Assembly (NCBI RefSeq): GCF_000981785.2
Contig: NZ_CP011304.1
Coordinates: forward strand, 3,660,001 to 3,692,000
From: Microcystis aeruginosa NIES-2549
GTDB taxonomy: Bacteria > Cyanobacteriota > Cyanobacteriia > Cyanobacteriales > Microcystaceae
Reading direction: 5' to 3'
Length of the DNA stretch: 32,000 nt
In this document: one piece after another, positions 8,315 to 18,389 of the stretch
Numbering within the stretch: position 1 is the stretch's first letter
Layout of the letters: the number at the start of each line of letters is the position of its first letter
Program-made: the position numbers and the translations under genes
The notes under the pieces: generated by a model
What the model was told of the DNA's origin: nothing
The model's input: only the letters and a program-made list of their open reading frames with translations
Databases searched by the model: none

Positions 8315-10279
8315 ATGGCTAATCAAGAAGATAATAAATTTTCCTGGTCCCGTTTGCCTCGGTTAGGCAAAATCCTGATCATTTGTTCTGGTGTTGCCGC
8401 TTTAGGCTATTTTCTTATCCCTCGTTCCTCAGAATTGTCCAATATTCCCCTCGAACCCTACAGCGAATTTATCAGTAAAGTGGAACGGGGCGACATCAGT
8501 AGGGTCAGAATTGGCAATCAAGTCATCTATTATCAATTAAAAAATCCTTTAGAATCCCTGGCTATTCCGGGTAATCCCCCCGTTAATCCCCCAGAATCAA
8601 GTAATCCCCTTTACGGTGATTCTAGTTCTTTGGCGGGGAAACCAAGCAGTCATCTAGTCCCAGAACGAGTCTTGGCCACGATTCCAGTCTATAACCCCCA
8701 ATTACCCCAACTCTTACAGCAAAAAGGCGTAATCTTCGAGGCGATTCCCCTGGCCGAAAACAGTTGGATCAGCACTCTCCTCGCTTGGGTGGTTCCTCCC
8801 TTAATTTTAGTCGCCGCCATGCAGTTTCTGTTCTATCGCAACGATGACACGCGTAAATCGCTGCTTTTTAATAAAAATCTCGCTAAAGTTTACGGAGACG
8901 ACGAAAAATATCCGATTACCTTCAGTGATGTGGCCGGGGCCGAGGAAGCAAAAACCGAGTTAAAGGAAATTGTCGAATTTCTCAAGGATGCCGAGCGCTT
9001 TAATAAAATTGGGGCGCGTATTCCTAAAGGTGTTCTCTTAGTCGGACCGCCGGGGACAGGGAAAACTCTCTTAGCAAAAGCGGTCGCGGGAGAAGCGGGA
9101 GTGACTTTTTTTAGCATTTCGGCCTCGGAATTCGTGGAGTTATTTGTCGGGACCGGGGCAGCCCGGGTGCGGGATCTATTTGCCCAAGCGAAGAAAAATG
9201 CCCCTAGCATCATTTTTATTGATGAATTGGACGCGATTGGTAAATCGAGAAGTTCGGGATCGGGAACTAGCGGCAGTAATGATGAGCGCGAGCAGACTTT
9301 AAACCAACTTTTGACAGAAATGGATGGTTTTAGCCCCAAAGAGGCCGTAGTCATCGTTTTAGCCGCCACCAATCGCCCAGAGACTCTTGATGCCGCTTTA
9401 TTACGTCCGGGGCGCTTTGATCGCCAAGTTCTGGTGGATCGTCCCGATTTGGCGGGACGATGGGCAATTTTGCAAATATACGCTCAACGAGTCCAGATGG
9501 GCGAAGATGTTAACCTCAAAGCGATCGCCACCCAAACCCCCGGTTTTGCCGGTGCCGATTTAGCCAACCTCGTCAATGAGGCGGCTCTCTTGGCCGCGCG
9601 TAATAATCGGGAAAAAGTCAGTCAAATTGATTTTAAAGAAGCGATAGAAAGAGTTATCGCCGGTTTAGAAAAGAAAAGTCGGGTTTTATCGGAAAAAGAA
9701 AAGAAAATCGTCGCTTATCACGAGGTCGGCCATGCTTTAGTCGGTGCTGTCATGCCGGGGGGGGGTTGCGTCGAGAAAATTTCTATCGTTCCCCGGGGTT
9801 TATCCGCTTTGGGTTATACCCTGAAAATTCCCACGGAAGACCGTTTTTTGATGACAGAAACCGAATTTAAAGAACAAATTACTATGTTATTGGGCGGTCG
9901 GGCTGCTGAAGAATTAATCTTTGGCAGTGTCACTAATGGCGCTTCCGATGATTTACAAAGGGCGACGGATATCGCTGAAAGAATGGTGACAATTTATGGT
10001 ATGAGTAAATCCCTGGGACCCCTGGCCTACGATAAAACAGGACAGGCGAATTTTTTAGGTAATAATCAGGTTAGTCCCCGCCGTTTGATCGGAGAAAATA
10101 CGGCTAAAGCGATCGATGAAGAAGTGAAACAAATTATCGACGCTAGTTACCAAAAAGCCCTAGCAATTCTCAGTCACAACCGCAATTTATTAGAGTCGAT
10201 TACCACTAATCTTTTGACCACGGAAGTAATCGAAGGAGAAGAATTGCAAGAATTCTTAAATCAAGCGCAAATGGTCTGA
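8315..10279 (+). CDS. ftsH: ATP-dependent zinc metalloprotease FtsH
   Basis: Two N-terminal TM helices, Walker A GPPGTGKT, Walker B IIFIDELD, second region of homology ATNRPETLDAALLRPGRFD, and Zn motif HEVGHA. A Pro-rich insert sits in the lumenal loop. Confidence 0.95.
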   Translation: MANQEDNKFSWSRLPRLGKILIICSGVAALGYFLIPRSSELSNIPLEPYSEFISKVERGDISRVRIGNQVIYYQLKNPLESLAIPGNPPVNPPESSNPLYGDSSSLAGKPSSHLVPERVLATIPVYNPQLPQLLQQKGVIFEAIPLAENSWISTLLAWVVPPLILVAAMQFLFYRNDDTRKSLLFNKNLAKVYGDDEKYPITFSDVAGAEEAKTELKEIVEFLKDAERFNKIGARIPKGVLLVGPPGTGKTLLAKAVAGEAGVTFFSISASEFVELFVGTGAARVRDLFAQAKKNAPSIIFIDELDAIGKSRSSGSGTSGSNDEREQTLNQLLTEMDGFSPKEAVVIVLAATNRPETLDAALLRPGRFDRQVLVDRPDLAGRWAILQIYAQRVQMGEDVNLKAIATQTPGFAGADLANLVNEAALLAARNNREKVSQIDFKEAIERVIAGLEKKSRVLSEKEKKIVAYHEVGHALVGAVMPGGGCVEKISIVPRGLSALGYTLKIPTEDRFLMTETEFKEQITMLLGGRAAEELIFGSVTNGASDDLQRATDIAERMVTIYGMSKSLGPLAYDKTGQANFLGNNQVSPRRLIGENTAKAIDEEVKQIIDASYQKALAILSHNRNLLESITTNLLTTEVIEGEELQEFLNQAQMV

Positions 10280-10284
10280 TCAAT

Positions 10285-10452
10285 CCTCATAAACAGGGTC
10301 TGCTGAAAAAGTTTTTCGTGGGGACAGGGTGTGGGGTGTGGGGTGTGGGGTGTGGGGAAGTGGGGAGAACAAAGCTGCCTTTTGCCTTTTGCCTTTTGCC
10401 TTTTGCCTTTTGCCTTTTGCCTCTCCTCATAACTAGGGTTTGCTGAATAAAT
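10285..10452. repeat. Composite STRR-type element: leader, (GGGTGTG)x4, (CCTTTTG)x6 and a trailer
   Basis: The leader ggtctgctgaaaaagtttttcgtgggg is at 10297-10323. The GGGTGTG array is at 10327-10357 and the CCTTTTG array at 10378-10422. The trailer tagggtttgctgaataaat is at 10434-10452. Direct repeats of the form cctcataaNNagggtNtgctgaa lie at both ends. Confidence 0.9.
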
Positions 10453-10469
10453 AGTCGAGAAGAACTAAC

Positions 10470-12386
10470 TTAAGGAGAAGACAGAATCAAAGCATTGGAA
10501 AACTGATATTTCCCTGCTTTGACAGTTAATTTGCCCTTTTTCCATGGCAAAGAAACGGGAGAGTTATCTCGACTTAAACTGTTATAAAGGGCGAAATTTT
10601 TTGACCAATCGTGCTTTTGACCGTTACGAATTAAAATCGGCAGTAGATTGATTTGATTATAGGTAAATTGTAAACTCTCTCCCTGACTGCCTTTAAATAA
10701 GAGGCTGCCTTGGTTAATTTGAGTTAAATTTACTTGACTTTTTTGCTTAAATATGCTCTTGAAATTCTCATAACTGCCCTGGGTTGCCGCTTCCCCCACT
10801 TCCAGGGCAAAACCCGCATAATCGTTACCTGTGGGTAAAGCTTGGTAGGTATTATCATCGGGATAAGGGGAATTAGGAATCTCGATAATTTCAGGATAAG
10901 AAAGATTTATTAATCTCAGGGCTAACCAAGTTTTTTCTAATTGAATAAACCAGATATTATCATCTTTTTCTACCTTGGCCGTTTTCGGTAATTGCCAGAA
11001 AAAAGCTTGATCTGCCGGTCGTAACCAGATTAAAAGATTGCGATATTGTCCGATTTCATCCCCGGGATTTTTGCCCGGTTTTACGCCATTTTTGCCGGTG
11101 TTAGCCACAAAAAAATCCACCCCTTTGTGTTGATTAAAGGCCATTAATTTAAACGGGGCCACATCGCCATCGGGGAAAGTTCCCGCCAGACTACCCATTT
11201 GATAACTAGCCCCGATAAATTGAGTTTCCCAATAACCCGGACTTTGATTATTGCCCGGTTTCCAGTTTTCATACAGGGGTTTACTGGCGAGAATTTCTAC
11301 GGGTTTATTAAAGTTTTTTCGAGCTAATTCCATCACTGCTAAAGGAGGACGATAACGACTGGTAATTAGATAAAGAGAGTCTAATTCCGGGCGATTATTA
11401 GCGACGGGGGTATCACCAAAGTATAACCAAAAAGTGCGGGCAGAATCCGATCGCATTACCCCATTACTACCACCATAATCGCGTTTTACAGGGCCACCCC
11501 AACCACCGCGATAATATTTAACACTAGCGGCCATGGATAACCAATCTAAGGCCATTTTTGCCCATTGTTTAACTTCCGTATCTTGAGCAAAATCGTAGAG
11601 ATTGAGATAGGGAGCAAAGGTATGACCGTGATAAACTTCTGAATCCCATTCTCCCATCCCGATGTTATATAAAGCTGAAACGTAACGCTTGATTTTACTT
11701 TTATAAATTTGACGAGTTGCTTCATTTCCTGTTTCTTCGGCCATCAGATAAACTGATGTTTCGCGCATCGCTCGCAGGTTATCAGTATTGCGACTATCTA
11801 CCCATAAACCCCGTCTTTTCATACTCCAATCATTACCCGTTCCTTGGCCAGTGCCATGGATAGGGTGAGGCCGTTGTAAAGGGTCGGTTTCTGTCCAAAT
11901 TTTCGCCGCATTATACATTCTCTGACGATAAACTGGATCGAGATACTTTCCGAGAAGAAAATATTTTCTAATTTGTCCTTTCAGGGTAAAAGAAAAATAA
12001 TAATCTATATAATCAGTGTGGGCTTGTTCTTGTGTTTGTGGGTCATCCTGTTGCAGGAAATCTAGGGCTTTTTGCTGGTTTCCTGCCAAGAAATCAAACA
12101 TGGCCAGATGATAGGATCTTTTCTCGTTTTCTCCCCACAAATTGCCATAACTTTCTGCCTGAGCAAAATGGTTAATAACTTCCTTGGCCCTTTGTTGAAA
12201 TGCCGTCTCTAATTCCGGTGTCCAATCGTTAAGATATTGGGCTTGAACTTCGGCAACAGGGAAGGAAGCGATCGAGTTTTGAGAAACAGAATAGAGGGAA
12301 TTAAAGCCAATAGTAAATAGGGCAATTATTCCCAATAAAATTAGATATTTAATTCTAGATCCAATCGTCATCTTCGGCAAATTCAT
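10470..12386 (-). CDS. Conserved-looking secreted or membrane-anchored protein of unknown function (638 aa)
   Basis: Long uninterrupted ORF with an N-terminal hydrophobic anchor (IKYLILLGIIALFTIGF). It is W/Y/G-rich and I recognise no catalytic motif. An alpha/alpha-toroid plus beta-sandwich (polysaccharide-lyase-like) fold is only a guess. The start may be M6 (12371). Confidence 0.6.
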   Translation of the reverse strand: MNLPKMTIGSRIKYLILLGIIALFTIGFNSLYSVSQNSIASFPVAEVQAQYLNDWTPELETAFQQRAKEVINHFAQAESYGNLWGENEKRSYHLAMFDFLAGNQQKALDFLQQDDPQTQEQAHTDYIDYYFSFTLKGQIRKYFLLGKYLDPVYRQRMYNAAKIWTETDPLQRPHPIHGTGQGTGNDWSMKRRGLWVDSRNTDNLRAMRETSVYLMAEETGNEATRQIYKSKIKRYVSALYNIGMGEWDSEVYHGHTFAPYLNLYDFAQDTEVKQWAKMALDWLSMAASVKYYRGGWGGPVKRDYGGSNGVMRSDSARTFWLYFGDTPVANNRPELDSLYLITSRYRPPLAVMELARKNFNKPVEILASKPLYENWKPGNNQSPGYWETQFIGASYQMGSLAGTFPDGDVAPFKLMAFNQHKGVDFFVANTGKNGVKPGKNPGDEIGQYRNLLIWLRPADQAFFWQLPKTAKVEKDDNIWFIQLEKTWLALRLINLSYPEIIEIPNSPYPDDNTYQALPTGNDYAGFALEVGEAATQGSYENFKSIFKQKSQVNLTQINQGSLLFKGSQGESLQFTYNQINLLPILIRNGQKHDWSKNFALYNSLSRDNSPVSLPWKKGKLTVKAGKYQFSNALILSSP

Positions 12387-12708
12387 CGATGTTTCCTTGA
12401 TTTTCTGGTGACTGAGGTTGATTCTCTTTATTTAATTGTAAAGGTACTGGTTCGGGGGGGATAATTTCTGGTAATAATTCCTCGGGTTTTTGACCATCTA
12501 TCTCCACCACGATCATTTCTGTGACGGGAAACCAAAGTAGGCGGCCTTGATCGTCACAAACCGTCACCGATCGAGATTTATCTGTATCCTCCGTTGCGAA
12601 GAAATCTCCTAACATTTTGGTGGGTAAAATATTCTTACTTTCACCGCCACTAACTCCTAGGAATATATATTCGTTACCTGTGGTCAAATGTTGAACAATA
12701 ATCGCCAT
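12355..12708 (-). CDS. Small acidic hypothetical protein (117 aa)
   Basis: ORF on the same strand whose 3' end overlaps the next gene's start by 17-32 nt, which suggests translational coupling. No recognised motif. Confidence 0.5.
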   Translation of the reverse strand: MAIIVQHLTTGNEYIFLGVSGGESKNILPTKMLGDFFATEDTDKSRSVTVCDDQGRLLWFPVTEMIVVEIDGQKPEELLPEIIPPEPVPLQLNKENQPQSPENQGNIDEFAEDDDWI

Positions 12709-12786
12709 AGTTAAAATAATTCAGTCAATGAAATGTACTTATTGATAGTCAACTCTTGAATGATAGCTTTCAGCCCTAAGCTTTCC

Positions 12787-12811
12787 ACTGATAACTGATA
12801 ACTGATTACTG
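12787..12811 (-). repeat. (CAGTTAT)x3 heptamer array overlapping the txlA stop codon
   Basis: The minus strand reads cagTAAt cagttat cagttat cagtgg. The stop codon (12806-12808) lies in the first, degenerate unit. Confidence 0.9.
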
Positions 12812-13357
12812 CTTAACTTGACTGCCGTGACTGCGGGGATCGGTTTGACTAGAACCCACAAGGACATTAAAATCAGAAGTCTGTCCCGTAGTGGTGGCAT
12901 AGGGTAGGGTAGAATTAGTTAAAAGTGCCTCTAAATTAGCCGTTAAAATTGATTTTGGTTGTTCTCCGATCGCTTGGGCAATCGGTTGTCCTTGGTTATT
13001 TAAAAAGACAAAATGGGGAATACCATCCACACGATAACGGAGAATTTCCGGCAACCATTTATTATTATCAACGTTGAGCATAACAAAATTAATGGCATTA
13101 CCGTATTGTTTTTTAATTTCGGCAATTTCAGGGGCCATCGCCTGACAACTGCTACACCAATTAGCATAAAATTCTGTCAGGGTGGGTTTACCATTGCTGA
13201 GGGCAAGATCGAAAGGTGTCGCTTTTTCCGCTTGCGCTTCCAAAGACACGGAACTAGCGGTGGTTTGAAACCCGAAGAAAATCGCTACACTAAGGATAAC
13301 TGCCGTTACTGCCAGCAGCAGATTTCTGATTTTATTGGTGGGTGTGGTGGCTGTCAT
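12806..13357 (-). CDS. txlA: Thioredoxin-like thiol:disulfide interchange protein (TxlA-like), membrane anchored
   Basis: N-terminal TM (LLLAVTAVILSVAIFFGF) and a thioredoxin fold with a WCSSCQ active-site motif. Confidence 0.75.
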   Translation of the reverse strand: MTATTPTNKIRNLLLAVTAVILSVAIFFGFQTTASSVSLEAQAEKATPFDLALSNGKPTLTEFYANWCSSCQAMAPEIAEIKKQYGNAINFVMLNVDNNKWLPEILRYRVDGIPHFVFLNNQGQPIAQAIGEQPKSILTANLEALLTNSTLPYATTTGQTSDFNVLVGSSQTDPRSHGSQVKQ

Positions 13358-13379
13358 GGATAGTCTCTCAAAAATTATT

Positions 13380-13397
13380 CCTATCCTATCCTATCCT
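13380..13397. repeat. (CCTAT)x3 pentamer array directly upstream of ATG 13399
   Basis: Read directly as cctatcctatcctatcct. A similar ctatcctatcc string occurs at 8177-8187. Confidence 0.8.
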
Positions 13398-13398
13398 C

Positions 13399-13803
13399 AT
13401 GAAAAAACGCATTACTCTCACTTTTCCCAAAAAAGCCGTCCATATGCCCGTTACCTATCGACTGGCGAAGGATTTTAACGTCGCCGCTAATATTATCCGC
13501 GCCCAAGTTGCCCCCAATCAAGTGGGAACATTAGTATTAGAATTATCGGGAGATATCGATGAGTTAGAAGCGGCGATCGAATGGTTACAATTACAAAATA
13601 TTGGCGTTTCCCAAGTTAGTCGCGAAATCGTCATTGATGAAGAAAAATGCGTCGATTGTGGCTTATGTACGGGAGTTTGTCCCACGGAAGCTTTAACCCT
13701 TGATCCGGAAAGTTTTCGTCTTAAGTTTTTGCGTTCCCGTTGTGTGGTTTGTGAACAATGTATCCCCACTTGTCCCGTGGTGGCAATTTCCACAAACTTG
13801 TAA
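13399..13803 (+). CDS. NIL-domain plus 2x[4Fe-4S] ferredoxin-domain protein
   Basis: ORF 13342-13803. I placed the start at ATG 13399 (MKKRITLTFPK...) because the upstream codons overlap the txlA start region. There are two CxxCxxCxxxCP clusters (CVDCGLCTGVCP, CVVCEQCIPTCP). Confidence 0.8.
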   Translation: MKKRITLTFPKKAVHMPVTYRLAKDFNVAANIIRAQVAPNQVGTLVLELSGDIDELEAAIEWLQLQNIGVSQVSREIVIDEEKCVDCGLCTGVCPTEALTLDPESFRLKFLRSRCVVCEQCIPTCPVVAISTNL

Positions 13804-14038
13804 AGTAGCAGTTATTAAATTAATTTTTTTGCCCATTTAAATAATAGCCATCTCTGGAGATTTTAAGCCTTCCTTGATCTCCAACCCAGTTAATCGTCAC
13901 AAATATCTCGCTCCTTTTCTGCCTAAAGACCCTTTCTCCGATATCATAGTTAAAAAGAGAGCCTTGACTCTGGCCACATCTGTGGGGATTACATACCATT
14001 AATCATGGTTTTTTTGCAAAAAATACAAAAAACTTGAC

Positions 14039-15448
14039 ATGACTTCTGCCGTTCCTCGCCTTTCCTATCCTGATAGTCCGATTGCTGATCTTCGCAGCCT
14101 CTATAACTTTATCCTCAACCCACAACTGTTAGCCGCAGAAAAGGGAAATCCGTCGATCATCAGTTTTTGTCAAAAAATTTCCCCCCTTGATCTCCTAGAA
14201 ATTCTCTCTCGGATTGCCCCTAGCTATCCCACCCATTGTTATTGGGAAAATCCCGAACGAGAAACCGCTTTTCTCGGCTACGGCATCGCCTTTAATGCCA
14301 CTTTCCACGGCAAACAACGTTTTTTAAAAGCTCAAAAATTTATTGAAAACTGTCAACAAAGAATTATCAAAATTGATAACTATAGCGAGATTACTCCCCG
14401 CATCTTTTGTAGTTTCACTTTTTTCGACTCGGAAACAGCTACCCCCTTTCCCTCAGCCACCCTAACCCTGCCTAAGTTTCAAATTATCAAAAAACAGTCG
14501 GAATATTTTTTCCTGACCAATCTCTTAATCACTGGCGAAAAAGAAATAGAAAACTCCCTCGAAGAAACTCTTAATAACCTCAAAATTATTCAAAATAACT
14601 CCAGCAATTGCCGACAAAATCCCCATCAGGATCCCTGTAGTTATTATATTCATCCTACCTATAATTTTCAAGCGGCTGTTGCCGATGCACTCCAATCTAT
14701 CCAGGCTCAAAATTTTAGCAAAATTGTCCTTGCTCACGCTCTTGACGTGATTTCTCCCCGTCCTTTTCATCTGGTAAACTGTCTCGATAATTTGCGTCAG
14801 CGTCATCCCGATTGCTACACTTTTTCCCTCGGCAATGGACGGGGAGATCATTTTATCGGCGCTAGTCCCGAACGCTTGTTAACTGTCCATCAGGGGCAAT
14901 TAATCACCGATGCTTTAGCGGGATCCGCTCCCCGGGGAGAAAATGCGATCGAAGATGCTCTCTTTGCCAATAAACTCCTCGCTAGTGAAAAAGAACAACG
15001 GGAACATCGGGCCGTTAGTGAGTTTATTAACCAAAAACTGCGACAAATTGGCTTAAATCCGCAAAATTCTCCTTCTAGATTGTTAAAACTCTCCAATATT
15101 CAACATCTCTGGACTCCTATCCATGCCAAACTAAAACCCTCCATCCATCCCCTCGAAATTGTTGCCCAACTACATCCCACTCCTGCTGTTGCTGGGGTTC
15201 CCACCGAGATCGCTTTAGCACAAATTCGTCATTATGAAACCTTCGATCGCTCTCTTTATGCCGCTCCTTTGGGTTGGATCGATTGTCAAAATAATAGTGA
15301 GTTTATTGTTGGTATTCGTTCGGCCTTAATTAAAGGCGATCGAGCGCGATTATACGCTGGTGCGGGTATTGTTGCCGGTTCCGATCCAGAAAAAGAACTA
15401 GCAGAAATTCAGCTTAAATTTCAAGCTCTCTTAAAAGCTTTAACTTAA
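14039..15448 (+). CDS. menF: Isochorismate synthase (phylloquinone pathway)
   Basis: Chorismate-binding enzyme signatures GASPERLL, ALAGSAPRG, LHPTPAVAGVP and GAGIVAGSDPEKE. Confidence 0.85.
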   Translation: MTSAVPRLSYPDSPIADLRSLYNFILNPQLLAAEKGNPSIISFCQKISPLDLLEILSRIAPSYPTHCYWENPERETAFLGYGIAFNATFHGKQRFLKAQKFIENCQQRIIKIDNYSEITPRIFCSFTFFDSETATPFPSATLTLPKFQIIKKQSEYFFLTNLLITGEKEIENSLEETLNNLKIIQNNSSNCRQNPHQDPCSYYIHPTYNFQAAVADALQSIQAQNFSKIVLAHALDVISPRPFHLVNCLDNLRQRHPDCYTFSLGNGRGDHFIGASPERLLTVHQGQLITDALAGSAPRGENAIEDALFANKLLASEKEQREHRAVSEFINQKLRQIGLNPQNSPSRLLKLSNIQHLWTPIHAKLKPSIHPLEIVAQLHPTPAVAGVPTEIALAQIRHYETFDRSLYAAPLGWIDCQNNSEFIVGIRSALIKGDRARLYAGAGIVAGSDPEKELAEIQLKFQALLKALT

Positions 15449-15459
15449 ACTATAGCTTT

Positions 15460-16851
15460 TCACCGAACCAATAACTTAAATAAGCCTAATTTACCCTTAA
15501 AAGGCGGATATTTTAAAGCGGGATTGAACCAAAGAGGTGTTTTCATAATCGCTTTTTGGTGACTAAAATTCTCAAAGGAAAAACGACCATGATAGCTACC
15601 AATACCGCTATTTCCCCGACCACCAAAGGGTAAACTAGGATTAGTAAAATGAAAACTATTGTTATTAATACAACCTCCCCCAAACTGGACTGATTCTAAC
15701 CATTTCTTTTCGGTCTTTGCCTTGGTAGTAAACAGATAAAAAGCTAGAGGGTTAGGGTTTTTAGCAATAATTGCTATAGCTTCCTCAAAAGTGCTAAAGG
15801 CAATGATCGGTAAAATTGGACCGAATATTTCTCCTTGCATAATAGGATCATCGAGGGAAACATTAGTTAATAAAGTTGGTTGAATATATAAATTTTCTCG
15901 ATCGGTTTTGCCGCCAAAAACAATCTCACCATCTTGGAGAAATTCAATCAAGCGATCAAATTGTTTCTCATTAATTATCTTACCATAATCAGCACTTAAT
16001 CTGGCATCTTTACCGAAAAAATTAACAATAGTATTAGCTAATTCTCTGATAAAATTCTCCTGCTGGGATTGATGTACCAAAACATAATCAGCCGCGATAC
16101 ACATTTGACCACAATTAGAGAATTTTGTCACGGCAATGCGACGGGTTGCCACGGAAATATTAGCATCAGCTTCGATAACACAGGGACTTTTTCCCCCCAA
16201 TTCTAGAGTAACGGGAATTAACTTTGCTGCCGCGAGTTGATAAATAATTTTTCCTACCCTGGTACTGCCAGTAAAAAATATATGATCAAAGGTAAAACTG
16301 TCTAACATATTCGGAATTACTTCCGCACCATCTCCCGAGACAATTAACACATATTCTTCTGGGAATATTTCTTCAATTATTTTAACTACTAATTTTTCCG
16401 TCGCTGAGGCAAATTCACTCGGTTTTAATACCGCACAGTTACCAGCAGCAATGGCCCCGACTAAAGGCGCTAATAACAATTGGAGGGGATAATTCCAAGC
16501 AGCAATAATTAAAACCACTCCTAAAGGTTCCCAAATAATCTGACTGGAGGAAGGGAAATTTAAAAGATTAGTTTTAACAGGTTTGGGTTGCATCCATGAG
16601 CGCAAATTTTTTAAAGCGGTATTAATTTCCCCCAAAAGGAAACCATTTTCAGTAATCCAACAATCTTCGGGACTTTTCTTTAAATCGCTATATAAAGCTT
16701 GATATATCTCTGCTTCATATTTAATGATTGCCTGTTTTAACTTCTCTAACTGCTGACGACGGAATTGATAGGAACGAGTGGCACCACTAACAAAATACTG
16801 ACGCAATTTGGCTAATTTTTCTGAGTTTGACAGCATCGAAATAATTCCCAA
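15460..16851 (-). CDS. NAD(P)-dependent aldehyde dehydrogenase (class-3-like)
   Basis: ELGGKSP (catalytic Glu), GQMCIAADY (catalytic Cys) and the FTGSTRVGK cofactor motif. It converges on menF with an 11-nt gap. Confidence 0.9.
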   Translation of the reverse strand: MGIISMLSNSEKLAKLRQYFVSGATRSYQFRRQQLEKLKQAIIKYEAEIYQALYSDLKKSPEDCWITENGFLLGEINTALKNLRSWMQPKPVKTNLLNFPSSSQIIWEPLGVVLIIAAWNYPLQLLLAPLVGAIAAGNCAVLKPSEFASATEKLVVKIIEEIFPEEYVLIVSGDGAEVIPNMLDSFTFDHIFFTGSTRVGKIIYQLAAAKLIPVTLELGGKSPCVIEADANISVATRRIAVTKFSNCGQMCIAADYVLVHQSQQENFIRELANTIVNFFGKDARLSADYGKIINEKQFDRLIEFLQDGEIVFGGKTDRENLYIQPTLLTNVSLDDPIMQGEIFGPILPIIAFSTFEEAIAIIAKNPNPLAFYLFTTKAKTEKKWLESVQFGGGCINNNSFHFTNPSLPFGGRGNSGIGSYHGRFSFENFSHQKAIMKTPLWFNPALKYPPFKGKLGLFKLLVR

Positions 16852-16866
16852 GTTAATAATGAAATT

Positions 16867-18345
16867 CTACGGCATCCACTGGGGACGAATTCCAGCTAGA
16901 GGTAATTCAATTAAATCAGATTTACTTGCTTTCACTCCATCTTGTAGGGGAGGAATTAACATCCACAAACGACCACCGATAATTGTTTCTCCCGAATCGG
17001 TAGTCAAGGGATTAGTAGGATTAGTATCATAACTGGTGCGAAGTTGATCAAAAATAATTGCTAAACTATCGGGAGATAAACTAATGTGAATATCACGATA
17101 ATCGGCTAATTCCAGTAGGGGAGTCACTTGACCGGTCTTCACATCTATTTTAGCAAAATAGGGTTTTTCTTTGTACTCTTGACTGTTAGTAACTAACTCG
17201 GTTAACAAACAATACAAATCGCTACCAGTGGCATTAAATTGACAATCTATAATCGAACCTTGTAGATTGAGTAAGCGTTTTTGTAATCCTTGATTATTGA
17301 CATAAAAAAGCGATCGAATATAACGCATTTTGGCATTATCAGTATTAAAATTCACCATTGCTGCGGCCGTACCATCGGCAGAAAAATTCAAAATTCGCCC
17401 AAATTTTGGTAAAAAATCCAGGGGTTTTGTTTCGGGTTTTAAGGGCAAAAGCGCAATTCCTTCCCCCTGGGTGACAGCCAAAGTTTTACTATCAGGTGCG
17501 ATCAAAAATTCGCCACCTTGAATGTTTAATTGTTGGGGTTTTTCCCCCGATTTAACTGCCCATAAATCGAAGTTAATCGGATTGCGGCGCTCAATTCTCT
17601 GCACGACAATAGTTTCCCCATCTTTAGCTAAATCAAAATGATTATTTTGATAATCTTTATTGTCTAGCACTAACTCAATTTTTGCAGGGGATTGACTGCT
17701 ATCAACTTGATAAAGCTGCAGTTCACGAATTCCCTCTATCCCCCGATTTTTCGCCACGGCCGAAAAGAGGATTTTTTTACCATCAGGGTAGAATTCAAAA
17801 GCCATAACGGTCAAATTTGCGGGGGTTAAGAGGGTTTTCTTCTCCTCGGTCAAGTTATAAAAAATTAATCTTCCCTGTTCTTCCCCATTAGTGCCAATAT
17901 AGGCAAAAGCACGATCGCGACTTTTAAATTCTCTTTCAAAAATTGCCAGGGTTTGTCCTAATCGATTACCGCTGCGAAATTGTTCCCGCGCACCCTCAAT
18001 TTGCAGATGATATTTTTCTCCGTAGGGAATGGGAGAAGTGAGGGTATAAGCTAATCGTCTTCCGGCCCAACTAAACTTCCCCGGCAGCGGAGGATCGATC
18101 ACTAGATTTTTTTCTACACTAGCATGATCCATGGGGCGATCAAAAGTGATAATAAATGCTTGATCTTCCGCGCCAATTTCTCGATTTTCCCAGCTAAATT
18201 CCTTGACCCTTGGACCAGTTTGTAAAAGACATTGATTACCACAGCTATTACCTAACCAAATTAAGCCACCAATTACTAAGGTTAGGGATACAATTAATGT
18301 TATCGCTAATTTATCAATCGGTTGTAGTTGTAAGGTTTTCAGCAT
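16867..18345 (-). CDS. Membrane-anchored hypothetical protein with an Ig-like domain and a probable beta-propeller
   Basis: N-terminal TM, an SbsA-Ig-like stretch (FIITFDRPMDHASVEKNLVIDPPLPGKFSWAGRRLAYT), then repetitive beta-rich sequence. Confidence 0.55.
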   Translation of the reverse strand: MLKTLQLQPIDKLAITLIVSLTLVIGGLIWLGNSCGNQCLLQTGPRVKEFSWENREIGAEDQAFIITFDRPMDHASVEKNLVIDPPLPGKFSWAGRRLAYTLTSPIPYGEKYHLQIEGAREQFRSGNRLGQTLAIFEREFKSRDRAFAYIGTNGEEQGRLIFYNLTEEKKTLLTPANLTVMAFEFYPDGKKILFSAVAKNRGIEGIRELQLYQVDSSQSPAKIELVLDNKDYQNNHFDLAKDGETIVVQRIERRNPINFDLWAVKSGEKPQQLNIQGGEFLIAPDSKTLAVTQGEGIALLPLKPETKPLDFLPKFGRILNFSADGTAAAMVNFNTDNAKMRYIRSLFYVNNQGLQKRLLNLQGSIIDCQFNATGSDLYCLLTELVTNSQEYKEKPYFAKIDVKTGQVTPLLELADYRDIHISLSPDSLAIIFDQLRTSYDTNPTNPLTTDSGETIIGGRLWMLIPPLQDGVKASKSDLIELPLAGIRPQWMP

Positions 18346-18368
18346 TATAGTAGATAGTTAAGAACAAC

Positions 18369-18389
18369 AACTGATAACTGATAACTGTT
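18369..18389 (-). repeat. (CAGTTAT)x3 heptamer array starting immediately after a stop codon
   Basis: The minus strand reads TAA cagttat cagttat cagttgt, with the stop at 18388-18390. Confidence 0.9.

Noticed and set aside
8890-9372. 160-aa ORF antisense to ftsH
   Set aside because: It lies opposite the most conserved AAA region of ftsH and has low-complexity Ser/Pro/Ala content, which is typical of an antisense artefact.
7043-10422. The possibility that the tandem arrays (7043-7132, 8209-8314, 10327-10422) are CRISPR arrays
   Set aside because: The 7-nt units have no spacers. The 53-bp repeat has only two adjacent copies with no intervening unique sequence. No cas genes are present.
13013-13793. 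ORFs 13013-13363 (+) and 13518-13793 (-), antisense to txlA and to the NIL-ferredoxin gene
   Set aside because: They overlap confidently called genes, have no motifs and have no RBS.
14525-15096. ORFs 14525-14851 and 14890-15096, antisense to menF
   Set aside because: They lie inside a confidently called gene on the opposite strand.
16808-17521. ORFs 16808-17032 and 17330-17521 (+)
   Set aside because: They are antisense to the ALDH start region and to the 492-aa gene, and are short with no motifs.
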